This document shows, piece by piece, positions 1 to 9,900 of a stretch of DNA of 64,000 nt. The notes beneath the pieces were generated by a model. The model had not been told where the DNA came from and searched no databases. It was given only the letters and a program-made list of their open reading frames with translations. Position numbers and translations under genes: made by a program. Origin of the DNA: Sminthopsis crassicaudata (taxonomy: Eukaryota); NCBI RefSeq assembly GCF_048593235.1, contig NC_133617.1:379134067-379198066 (forward strand), in the 5' to 3' direction. Position 1 is the stretch's first letter. Each line of letters begins with the position of its first letter.

Positions 1-296
1 TTAAAACCAGCAGGAATCATTGGACTTCCTCACACAAGATGAGACTAATGGACAATGGACTTATGGACATTTATAAATTTTCAATTTATGATTATGTTAT
101 ATACTTCTAGCATGTGTTATGTTACTATGTTACTATGTGCTTATGTAATTTATGTAATTATCTGTAATACTTCCCATATTGATGGATTTATGTTTCAAGG
201 TCATTTATGTAATTATCTGTAATACTTCCCATATTGATGGATTTATGTTTCAAGGTCATGACTGTCCTATGTTCTAAATCAAAAGAAAGGGGGAGA
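1..296 (+). mobile_element. 3' internal (untranslated) region of an ERV/LTR retroelement, ending in a polypurine tract
   Basis: PPT AAAAGAAAGGGGGAGA at 281-296 directly abuts TG at 297. This junction resembles class II (betaretrovirus-like) ERVs. The element continues upstream of the window. Confidence 0.75.
148..257. repeat. Perfect 55-bp tandem duplication (2 copies)
   Basis: ATTTATGTAATTATCTGTAATACTTCCCATATTGATGGATTTATGTTTCAAGGTC at 148-202 and 203-257. Confidence 0.95.
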
Positions 297-698
297 TGTT
301 AGGATTACTAAGTGAGAACTCGGGTTGTCTGGATAGTGACGAGGTGAGAATTCAGGTTGGACAATTACAAGGTGAGAACTCAGGTTGACTTGATGGAAGG
401 AGCAGGCTCATTGGCTGAGGTGGTTCTTCCCAGAAGCCCTTGCATTATCCCACGCCCATTCTCTGGGAGAATAAAAGAGAGGACTCCCAGAGATAGAAAG
501 AAGACTCTGAATTGCATCAGGCTTGACGGGGCTCTTTGCAGGAAGGGAAGTCACTTCTTTGGACAAGAGTTAACAGCAACTGCCTGGAGACAACGGTTCG
601 TTACAGGAAGAAGAATCTGTCTGAGAGATTTGAGTAGACACAGCAGATCTCTTCCCAGAGAGCGATCCAGCAGCTTCTAGAGACGACAGCTCGCTACA
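297..698 (+). mobile_element. 3' LTR of the ERV (~402 bp)
   Basis: Starts TGTTAG right after the PPT and ends CTACA (TG...CA inverted ends). It has three U3 direct repeats GTGAGAA(C/T)TC(G/A)GGTTG at 312-327, 344-359 and 372-387, an inverted CCAAT near 410, and AATAAA at 470-475. Confidence 0.8.
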
Positions 699-3600
699 AT
701 TCTCATACATGACTATCCTTCAAGTATCTTACAGTTTAGAGATACTGGCCTAAATACAATTCCTTTCACAGGATCTGCTGTCTCCTACCTCTGTGCACTT
801 CTGAGATCTGAGTTCAAATTCAGCCTCAGGCACTTACTGTGTGAGCCTGAGTAAATCATTCAACCTGAGTTTTCCTCAATTTTTCTCAACTGTAAAATAG
901 AAATAATTATAGTATTTGCCCAAATATTGTGAGGAGTAAGTAAGATGATGTTTTAAAGCTCTTAGTACAGTGCTTGGCACATAGTAGGTACTATATCAAT
1001 GTTTATTCTCAACCCTTTCCCTTTGCATTGGCTCTTCCTTTTGCATAGAATAATTTGGAATTTCTTGTTTTCTTCAAAACTCAGTTCAAACACTTCCTTC
1101 TATTAAAACAAATTTCCCAATGCATCCCAAGTAATAATACTTCTCTCCCTCATTACCTCTTATTTTAAAATACATTTTGTATATACTGATACATGTATTT
1201 ATGATAGCTTCTGAGAAGGGAGATTGTTTTGTTTGTATCTTTGTAACATCAGTGATTACCATAGTACCTGGTATATGGTTGGAACTTAATCAGTGCTTCT
1301 CAACTTATTGATATTTTCCCTACTAAGAGGAATAAATTGGGTCAAGGCTTGTTCCTGACATGCATTGGATGAGTGATCTTGAGAAAATTACTTAATTGCT
1401 CAGTGTTCCAAGCAACTCTAAAAACTCAAAATTACAAACCATTTCAGATCTACACTGTCTTTACTTATGGGGAGCTCTATACAATAATATTATTGGATCA
1501 CTCCCTTACCCCCAAAAGAAGGTACAAATACTGAACTTTGTACATAAATGGATGCTAATAGCATTCAAGATAACTATAATCTGTACTTTACCTACTTTTG
1601 CATCATTATCCTCAAATATTGTGACTTGGAAAAAAGTTTAAAAGCATTTTGGAGGGGGCTATATAGAGTAATAAACATAGCACTGGTATCAGCAGAATTG
1701 TGCTATGACACAGAAGGAAACTAAAACAGAAACTAAAGATTGAGAGAATCTTGCTGTTTTTCATCTTCATTTCATCCACAGTTAGCCCCAGTATTAGCCC
1801 TGTAGACTTTACTGAGTTGTTAAGAAAATTTATGTTACAGTAGGTATAAGCTAGTATTTTTTGTCACACACACATGTCACCAATAGAAAAGTACTAAGCT
1901 TAAGGGCTTTGCTGTTTCTGAAGAAAGATTGGGGGAAATCATGATTTATAGGATTTATTTTCAAAGTTTCAGATTTCTCTTCATCTAAAAAGTCATCTTT
2001 CATTTGAGTTTGATATATTTTCTTCAGGTTATGCACAAAGAATGCAACAAAGATCTCTCTAGTACTCTTTATCAAGCAGAATTTGCCAACAGTCATCTTT
2101 AGGACATTAGGGAGATTCTCAAATTAGGGATCTCAGGTTTTTTTTTTTATTTCAGTGAATCAGAAAAAAGCCTTTACACAACCACCAACCTTATTTAACA
2201 GATCAGCAATAATTTGCAGTGGTTGATGGAACCTAAAATCAGATCTTCCTAAGTTCTCCATCACTTTGTTTCTCAGTGAATTCCATTTTTATAACAATAT
2301 ATGTGATTTCTTCAGAGAACCATTGTCATTGATCTTAAGAGACAGAATATTTCTTTCTATTATATGGAAAACATTGACTCTTTTGATTACATAGGCAACA
2401 GAAAGACAATGTTCCTGCCCATGTAGAAGGGGAACCACAGGATGTCTTTTCTCAGAAACAGGTCTTATGTTCAGAATTTTAGGTGATCTGTATTGTGCAA
2501 AATCCACTTATATCAGGAAAGCTCAAGAATAATTTCCCAAGGGACTGTTTCTGATGCCTGAGACAAGACCAGCATATACAGCATAAAGCCTGATCTGTTT
2601 TCAGGAAACACTTACTTCTTATGCAGGGGAGCTGGTAGAACAGGTGCTAAGCCTGAAGTTGGAAAGACTTGAGTTCAAATGTGGCTTCAGGCATTTATTA
2701 ATAGTGTGACCCTGGAATAATTAATATTAGTTTCTTTATCTGTAAAATGTGGATAATAATATTATCTATCTACCAGAGTTCTCATAAGGATGAAATGAGA
2801 TAATAACTAAAACACCTAGCATAGTACCTTGCACATCGTAATTATTATGTCAACATTAGATATTATTATTATTTCTCTTGAAAAGTATCTTTCACTATTG
2901 AGACAGAATCATAGTGTTTATTTATTCTTTGAACATTTCAAGCACACATGTTGCAATTCTAGTTCTTTTCTAATTATCTCATAGCTTTTTTTCAATTAAA
3001 ATTTTATCTTAAGTGCCTAAAAATATGTCAACATTTTTCTCTGAATCAAAATCCATTAGTGATGTAATTTTATCCTTGAACAAAATTGAAGAGAGTGTAC
3101 TTGTGGGTCAGCTAGGAAACTTATTTATCCCTCAAAAGTAAATAGATTCCAAGGATATTATCATGGCATTTGTTTTAGGTGTGCAATTTCCACAAAGTTC
3201 TGATGATTTTAAAAAATATGGTCCTATGATAGACGTCTTAAAGTTGGGAGACCAGTTGAGTCAACTCCTTCATTTTAGCGGAGAAAAATTGAGTCATGAA
3301 GTAACTTTCCAAGCTGACATTTGTAATAAGTGTTAGTAGTAAGATTTAAACTCCTGCTGTCTGACTGGAGAGCCCATATTCTTACTACTATGCCACACTA
3401 TCTGGATGAACTATTCAAACCAAATTGTAGAGAATCTCAGGTCATTCTTTGATTAATGTTGCAAAGCCTTCATAATCTCTTACTAAAATCAGAATCATTT
3501 TGTAGATAAGTTTAAGAACTAGTTCCCTAGATGGACTAAGAGGTATAAGTAAGAGAAATACATGGGGTGTTCAGGAAGGACTATCTCTGGTGTGAGGGCT

Positions 3601-4142
3601 TGCTAAACTCTTGTCAGCGCTATTCATCTATCTTTGGTGTCCACGTGGATGGCCTCCTAATAAATTCTGAATACCTCATCTGGCATTTATAACATTTCAC
3701 CATTGGATCCTAATTTACCAACTGTCCGTCTAGGACTTTACCATCCCCCCTTCCCATACCTATCTCTCAGTATCCTACAAGTGTACCCTGTATTTCACTT
3801 CCCCAACAGGGGAATTTCCATTACTCTTGCCATTGATTAAGAAGTTTTCCTTCCTCTAAATCCAATATACTCTTCAAGACTAGGCCCATCTCACTGAATC
3901 CTTTCTTTACTACCCCAATCCACAGTGACTTTTTGCCTCTGAATACTAGTACTTTCTATACTAGTATTTATGTTAAGTATATGTTTTAAGTTATTTTTTC
4001 ACATGTCAACATCTCATTTTTTCCAATTCTACTATAAACTTCTAGTAAGTAGAATCTGGGCCTTTTACATATTTGTATCCTCCATAGTACCAAGTATGGT
4101 GTCCTGAACATGGTTTTTGTACCTTTTGAATGATATAAAGCT

Positions 4143-4335
4143 TAGGGCAAATGTTTAACAAATGGCTGTCTGGGGAGAAAATGAATGCATGACACACTTT
4201 TAAGTTTAATCTGCATTACTTCTATTACTTTGTAAGTCTTGACTATCAGCAAAACCTTAAATCGTACTCTTAAGTTGTAGCATTAACTAATTTCTGAGGT
4301 AAGTGCTTGTCCTGGATATTTAACAACCAACCCTC
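4143..4335 (-). mobile_element. MER63-like non-autonomous hAT (Blackjack-type) DNA transposon
   Basis: AAATGTTTAACAA...ACACACTTTTAAGTTTAATCTGCATTA...CAGCAAAAC matches the reverse complement of the MER63 consensus as I recall it. A second copy lies at 60.6-61.1 kb. Confidence 0.7.
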
Positions 4336-4519
4336 CTTCAAGCAGGTTCCAATTCCCTTCTGTATAAATTCCTCATTTATGTACAAAGTTTGGTATTTGG
4401 TCTTTTTTTTTTTTTTTTTGATCAAACTGTGATTTCACTGATATAAGGAACTTATAGTGAGGAAATTCCCTCAATCAGTTTAGATCAGTATCTGTTCTGC
4501 TGCTTAAAGTCTTCTATTA

Positions 4520-4767
4520 CTGTTGAATCATTTCAGTCATATTTGATTTCTTGTGACTCTATTTGGTATTTTATTGGCAAAGACACTGCAGGGGTTTGAC
4601 ATTTCCTTCACAAGCTCATTTTACAGATGAGAAAACAAAGGCAAACAGGTTTAAATGACTTGCCCTGAGTCACAGCTAATAAAAGTCTGAGGCCAGATTT
4701 GAATCCAGAAGATGAGTCTTCCTCATTCTAAGGCCAGTCACTTTATCTATTGTGCACTCTAGTGCCT
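4520..4767 (-). mobile_element. Mar1-type CORE-SINE (marsupial, RTE/BovB-like tail)
   Basis: Reverse-complement tail (TTCAGTCAT...TTGGCAAAGA...GCTCATTTTACAGATGAG), followed by CORE and a tRNA-derived head. Confidence 0.75.
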
Positions 4768-4784
4768 TTCTTAAGGTCTTAGAA

Positions 4785-4970
4785 CATGATTTCTTAGCCT
4801 TTTTGTGTATGTGTCATGGATCTCTTTGGTAATCTGGGGAAGTCTATGATCCCCTTTTCAGAATGATGGTTTTCAGTGCATAAAATTAAATACATAGAAG
4901 TACAAAAGAAACCAATTATATTGAGATATAGTTATGAAAAAAAAATGAAGTTCTTTGTCAAGAACCCCTG
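4785..4970. mobile_element. hAT-Charlie-type MITE. A related copy at ~12470-12790 is interrupted by a MIR.
   Basis: Degenerate TIRs (CATGATTTCTTAGCC ... GTCAAGAACCCCTG) and internal CATGGA...CAGAAT..TG...ATAAAA..AAATACATAG...GAAACCAATTATATTGA typical of small Charlie derivatives. Confidence 0.65.
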
Positions 4971-6539
4971 CCTCAGAGAATTTCTTGGAGCAATGGGAGC
5001 ATAAATGACTTGCCCAGAGTTATTCAGCAATGTATCAGAGTTGAAAGGTGAGCCTAGGTCAATCATCTACCAGCCAGGCTGCCTCTCACATATTTTATAT
5101 GCTAGTAATTATTAGCTGGTTGATTGATTTTCTTATTGGATTCTCGTAGGTTTACTTTTCAACCAGTATTCACCACGTCTCTTTTACTTGTTATCACAAT
5201 ATCCAACAAAAGGAAGGTTTTGGGGAATAAACATTAATACACTATTATCCTTTCACAATACTAAGCACCTTTTAAAAATATTATCTCATTTGATCCTTTC
5301 AAGAATCCTGGGAGGTAGTGATATTATTTCCCCCATTTTATAGCTGAGCAAACTGAGGCAAAGAAGTTGTGACTTGGCCAGAGCCACAGTCACATGCCTA
5401 ATAGGTGCCTAAGCCTGCATTTGAACTCAGGCTTTCCTGACTCCAGGCTCAGAACTATCCCCTGGGACAGCAGACACCTAGAATACAGAGACTTTAAATA
5501 TTTAATACACAAAATGAAAAAGGAGGTTGAATCAGTGAAATGTCACTTGAATTGCATTTGAAGTGGGTTCAAGCATTCTGATTTTAAATAAGTCATTTAA
5601 GTTCTTTGAATCTTTTCCCTCAGCTATAAAATGGAAAAAAAAAATGATACTTGCATGATGTAGTACTACTACAGGAGCATTATTTTGAGAGAATAAATAT
5701 CAGGCTTTGTAATTGTAAAGTGCTATATAAATACATTAAGAATATTATCATCACCTATTAGGTGGCACAATGATGAAGATCAAGGAGCTTGGAATTATTA
5801 GCAAGAGCCCAGTTCAAATTTCATCTGAGACACCAATTGTGAGATCCTAAGTAATTCACTTAGTAAAAATAAGTAAAATAATCATAATAGCACCTATCTT
5901 GCAGGGCTATTGTCAAGAGCAAAAGAGATAATATATTTTTGTAAAATACTTAGCATAGTACCTAGCACATAGCAAACACTCTGTAAGTGTAAACTATTAT
6001 GATGATGATGATGTCTAAATTCAGTATTTTTTTCCTATTTTTCGTTATATTCCAATATCTAAAAACAAAAACAAATAGTGTTGTCAGAGACACCTGCCTC
6101 TGGTGACTGTATATGACACTGAACCATTCACTAAATCTTTTTTCTCCTTGGTTTACTTCTCTATAAAATGAAGGGGTTACACTAGATGAACTGTCACGTC
6201 CCTTTTATATCTAAGCCTACAATCCTCTGCAATAAATCTGAATCTCTTCTCAAGTCCCTCGCTGGTAACCCCATTTTCATAGCTCTCCATATGAAAATCA
6301 ACTTAAAGCCAAAAAACCTCTTTCCCCCCGACATTTGCAGGCTGTTTGCAGGTCGTCTCCCTCTTCAAAACACAGCATGCTAGGATAAGGAATAACGATG
6401 CACACCTATCAAATCCCGGGGATCACGCCGGCTAATAGAGCTTTCATTCATCAGCCAGTCTGAAAAGTGTACTCTTTGCTGGAGAGGGCACTAGGACCCC
6501 CCAGATTCCTGGAAGCCACGGACTTGGCAAGGAGTCAGA

Positions 6540-6733
6540 AGCAGTAAGCTGCGGGCGCTGTTACACAAGGCTGAGAGGAAGCGCAGCAGCGGCGGCGGCA
6601 GCAGAAGCAGCAGCAGCTGCTGCGGTGCTGGTGACAGCATCAGCATCAACATCAGCATCAACAGCATCACAGCAGTAGCAGCAGCAGCAAAGGCTGGAGC
6701 ATCTGGCTGTCCTCGGTCACTGCCAGTGGAAAG
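6540..6733 (+). other. Putative non-coding first exon (5' UTR); TSS position uncertain
   Basis: GC-rich, no ATG between ~6410 and the donor, and it ends GGAAAG|GTATTT (GT at 6734-6735). It is followed by ~57 kb of intron-like DNA with no coding exon. The gene is not recognised with confidence. Confidence 0.6.
6583..6688 (+). repeat. Compound trinucleotide/hexanucleotide repeat (CAG/CGG/CTG, then CAGCAT/CAACAT, then CAG) in exon 1
   Basis: CAGCAGCGGCGGCGGCAGCAGAAGCAGCAGCAGCTGCTGCGG...CAGCATCAGCATCAACATCAGCATCAACAGCATCACAGCAGTAGCAGCAGCAGC read directly. Confidence 0.9.
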
Positions 6734-6868
6734 GTATTTACTTACTCTTTAGCACTCAGGTTCGTAGTCTAAAAATTCCCTTCAGTGCTGGCTGAAAACT
6801 GATGCTCTGGAACGCTGGGTCTCTCACTGATGGGGTTCGTACCCGTATTTTGTTTTATGTTTCAACAG

Positions 6869-6944
6869 CTGATGGAAGCAACAGTGTCATAAAGAGATGG
6901 GCTAGTTATCTCCCAGCTGCCGAAATCGGGAGACATTTGGGGCT
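6869..6944 (+). other. Candidate 76-nt cassette 5'-UTR exon
   Basis: Acceptor TTTTGTTTTATGTTTCAACAG| (AG at 6867-6868) and donor GGCT|GTAAGT (6945-6950), 135 nt downstream of the exon 1 donor. Confidence 0.4.
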
Positions 6945-8953
6945 GTAAGTACAGAGTTCGCAGATCTCTGTAGAGCTATTTTTTTAATCGGCTGTGTACA
7001 TTGCTCTATTACATCTTCTCCTTTCGCGTTGAGAGCAAAAGGTTTAACATGTCATCTGCCTTTTATTTTTCTTCATCTGTACACAGAGAAAATTTAGACT
7101 CTTAGGGGAAAAAAAAAACAAAAAAAAAAAAACAAATCAAACCCAGCAACCCTAATTACAGGCCTGAAACTAACACTTTAAAGCAGCTGGGGTTGGCTTA
7201 TGCAGTCTGTGGTCTTAGAAGTTGAATTTGCGGTGACTTTTGCTTCCTTCAGTACTAAAGAGGAAGATTTTTGGCTCGGTTGCTGCAGGCTGCATTGGGC
7301 TGCCTTTTGCTTTCTCGGTTCTGTTTTCCAAGCTTCAGGGGTGGCTTTCTCTCTCTCTAATCTTTTCAATGGTGCAGAGTAAGAAGGTGTATTTACATTT
7401 TCTTTATTCCAACCCAAACGTCCTTATCTATTACCAATATAATTACTTCACTGGCCCAAGATGATTAAATAACACCTTGCTCCCTTCAAGTGGAAAGCAT
7501 AGGAAGACAGTCATAGTTTGCTTTCTGTTGTACTGTATACTACCTGTATACACCCAATGTTTCATTTAAAGCAGTTTAAAAGGTTAATAAAAATTAAATA
7601 ATAGTCTGCACTCTGTCACTGTTTGGTGGTAGTGATTATGGGTGGTGTTATATACAGCTCACCTATTTTTTTTTAAATAGCAAAAATAAAAATAATATCT
7701 ACCAACGAAAAGATTTAGGGAAATCTTACAAGGATAATTTAAAATTCTTCTACATTACTTACCTAAATTGATATAAATAAGCTAAAGAAGTTAAGTTTTC
7801 AGTAGGACCTTAGAGTAAATGTCAATATATTCCTGAACATATTTTAATGACTCCAGCTCTGTCACTTATTCTCTTTGTAACCATAGGCTAATCATTTCCC
7901 TTGCCTAGGCTTCAGTTTCTCCATCTGTAAAAATCAAGAAGTTGGACTAGATAACATCTAAAGTCCCTTTAGCTTCAAATCTAGGAACACATGATTTTGA
8001 TTTCAAATGTTTTGTGCTATATCTAAGCACAGTAAGTTAGTACACATTTGTGAATTAATAAAATGGGAGAGCCCTAAACTAAGAGTCAGAAGACCCACTC
8101 TCTAATTTGGACTAGCTACTTTATAACTGTAGGATCTTTAATAAATCATCTTCATATAGCCTCTTTGTGCCTCAGTTTCATAATTTGTTAGAAAATGGAA
8201 ATAAGAATAATTGTGGGCACTTAGCTGACACAGAGGATAGAGCACCTATCCTGGAGTTGGAAAGATCTGAATTCAAATACAACCTCAAACACTTGACACT
8301 TACTAGATGTGTGACTCTAGGTGAGTCACTTAACCCTGATTGCCTCACCAAAATAATAATAGTAATACCTGCTTTCTTCTCAGGATCAAATGAAATCATG
8401 ACTGACATAGGACTTTATAACTTAAAAAGCCCTGAACAAAATAATGTGTAAAGAATTATTGCAGAATCAAGGAATCTTAGCTTTAGAAAGAAACTTAAAG
8501 GTCATCTTCTATAACCTCCTTCCCATTCAGCAAACCTGTTCTATATGATCCTATTGCTACTATTATTACTTACCTTGATGAGTTGATGATTTTGCGACTG
8601 TTTCTAGCCATCCCTTTCTATCATTTGTGTCTGTAAAGTAACATTCAGGAAAGAAAACACCAAAAGCAAGTATAAAAATGGCATTTGCATAACAATTTGT
8701 GATTTATAAAGTGTCTTCATGAGTATTATGAAGTCTTTATTAACAGTAGACCTAGTATGTCATATTATCTCCACTCTAGAGGTGAAGGAGGCTAGGCTGA
8801 AAGTGATATCATGTGATATTAATTGTCCAAGGTCACATGGCCAGTAAATAACAGAGTAGACTCTTGAATCCAGGTCTTCTGCCTCCAGCATTCTTTCCAC
8901 TAAATCTCACTGTTCTTTAAGTAAGAGCTTGATTCTTTAAATCATAAATGATT

Positions 8954-9123
8954 TTTTATTTTATTTATTTATTTATTTATTTATTTGCTGAGACAAATGG
9001 GGTTAAGTGACTTGCCCAGGGTCACACAGAGACCCTGTGATAAGTGTCTGAGACTAGATTTGAATTCAGGTCCTCCTGACTTGAGGGCTGATGCTCTATC
9101 CACTATGCCACCTAGCTGCCCCG
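8954..9123 (-). mobile_element. WSINE1-like short tRNA/CORE SINE
   Basis: Reverse complement of GGGGCAGCTAGGTGGC...GGATAGAGC...CTGGGCAAGTCACTTAACCCC with a (TTTA)n tail. Probable TSD ATAAAT(G/A)ATT at 8944-8953 and 9124-9133. Confidence 0.85.
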
Positions 9124-9645
9124 ATAAATAATTAAAAAAAAATTCTTACCAAGCATAACAGTTCTTAGCCCTTGTTACAATTCATTCATTGCTTGCTAGA
9201 TATTGAGTCAGGAGGACATGAATTCAAATTCAGACACTTAAGTAGTTATGTGACCAAGGGAAAGTTCCTTGACCTTAGTTTCATAGTTTGTAAATGGGAA
9301 ATAGTTAGATTTATGAGTTTTAATGAAATTAATTTGCAAAATTTAAAATAGTATATTAGTGTCAGGCAATATTAAAAAGGTCAAATGTACATAGTGAAGA
9401 TAATAACCCTAGTCCCTATTGGAGATCACCTTTAGTATTACAGATCAATCAATAATCATTTATTAAGCACCTACTATATGCTAGATATGTGATAGATGCT
9501 AGGAGCAACAAACAAAAGAATAACATCTCTAAGCTTTACACACATGTATGCTTGTACCATAAACAAATGAATCATAGCTTAGTATATTAGGGCCAGGGCA
9601 CATGTCTCCTCCAAATGCCCAGAGAATGATGCAATTAAACTTACT

Positions 9646-9900
9646 ACTAGGTGGCATTGTACTGTCAAGAGTGTTGGTCCTGGAGTCAGAAAGACTAATC
9701 CTTCTCAATTCAAATCTGATCTTAGACACTTACCGTTTAAGTAACTGAGAAGTCATTTAACCCTGTTTGCCTCAGTTTCTTCATTTGTAAAATGAGCTGG
9801 AAAAGGATATGTCAAACCTCTCCAATATCTTTGCCAAGAAAATCTTACATGGATTCATGAAAAGTTGGATGTAACTAAAAAATATCTCTACAACAACAAA
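9646..9900 (+). mobile_element. Mar1-type CORE-SINE
   Basis: Head CTAGGTGGC, CORE TGCCTCAGTTTCTTCATTTGTAAAATGAGCTGG, tail TCTTTGCCAAGAAAA...CAACAACAAA. Confidence 0.8.

Larger units (their letters stand above)
805..6225. mobile_element. Cluster of degenerate MIR/CORE-SINE fragments (e.g. ~805-1005 +, 2640-2870 +, 3235-3405 -, 5240-5480 -, 5540-6010 +). Similar fragments recur throughout the window.
   Basis: Repeated CORE motifs such as CCTCAGTTTCCTCATCTGTAAAATG and GAGTTCAAAT...GTGACC...GGCAAGTCA, on both strands. Boundaries are approximate. Confidence 0.8.
6320..7030 (+). promoter_or_regulatory. CpG-enriched promoter / 5' end of a large + strand gene
   Basis: Roughly two dozen CpGs in ~700 bp against a strongly CpG-depleted background. 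No recognisable repeats from ~6.25 to 7.6 kb. Contains a GC-rich exon-like segment ending in a splice donor. Confidence 0.75.

Noticed and set aside
357-680. 107-aa ORF
   Set aside because: It lies wholly inside the LTR and has no recognisable motif.
6620-6722. REST/RE1-like site
   Set aside because: Only isolated half-sites (CAGCACC and ACCnnGGACAG on the minus strand), ~80 bp apart. There is no full 21-bp match.
6495-6733. ATG-less open frame running through exon 1 into the donor (possible CUG-initiated extension)
   Set aside because: It is open mainly because of the trinucleotide repeat, has no ATG, and the downstream frame is unknown. Ribo-seq would be needed.
7178-7464. Overlapping 60-79-aa ORFs near the promoter
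   Set aside because: Short, with no recognisable protein similarity and no consistent exon structure.
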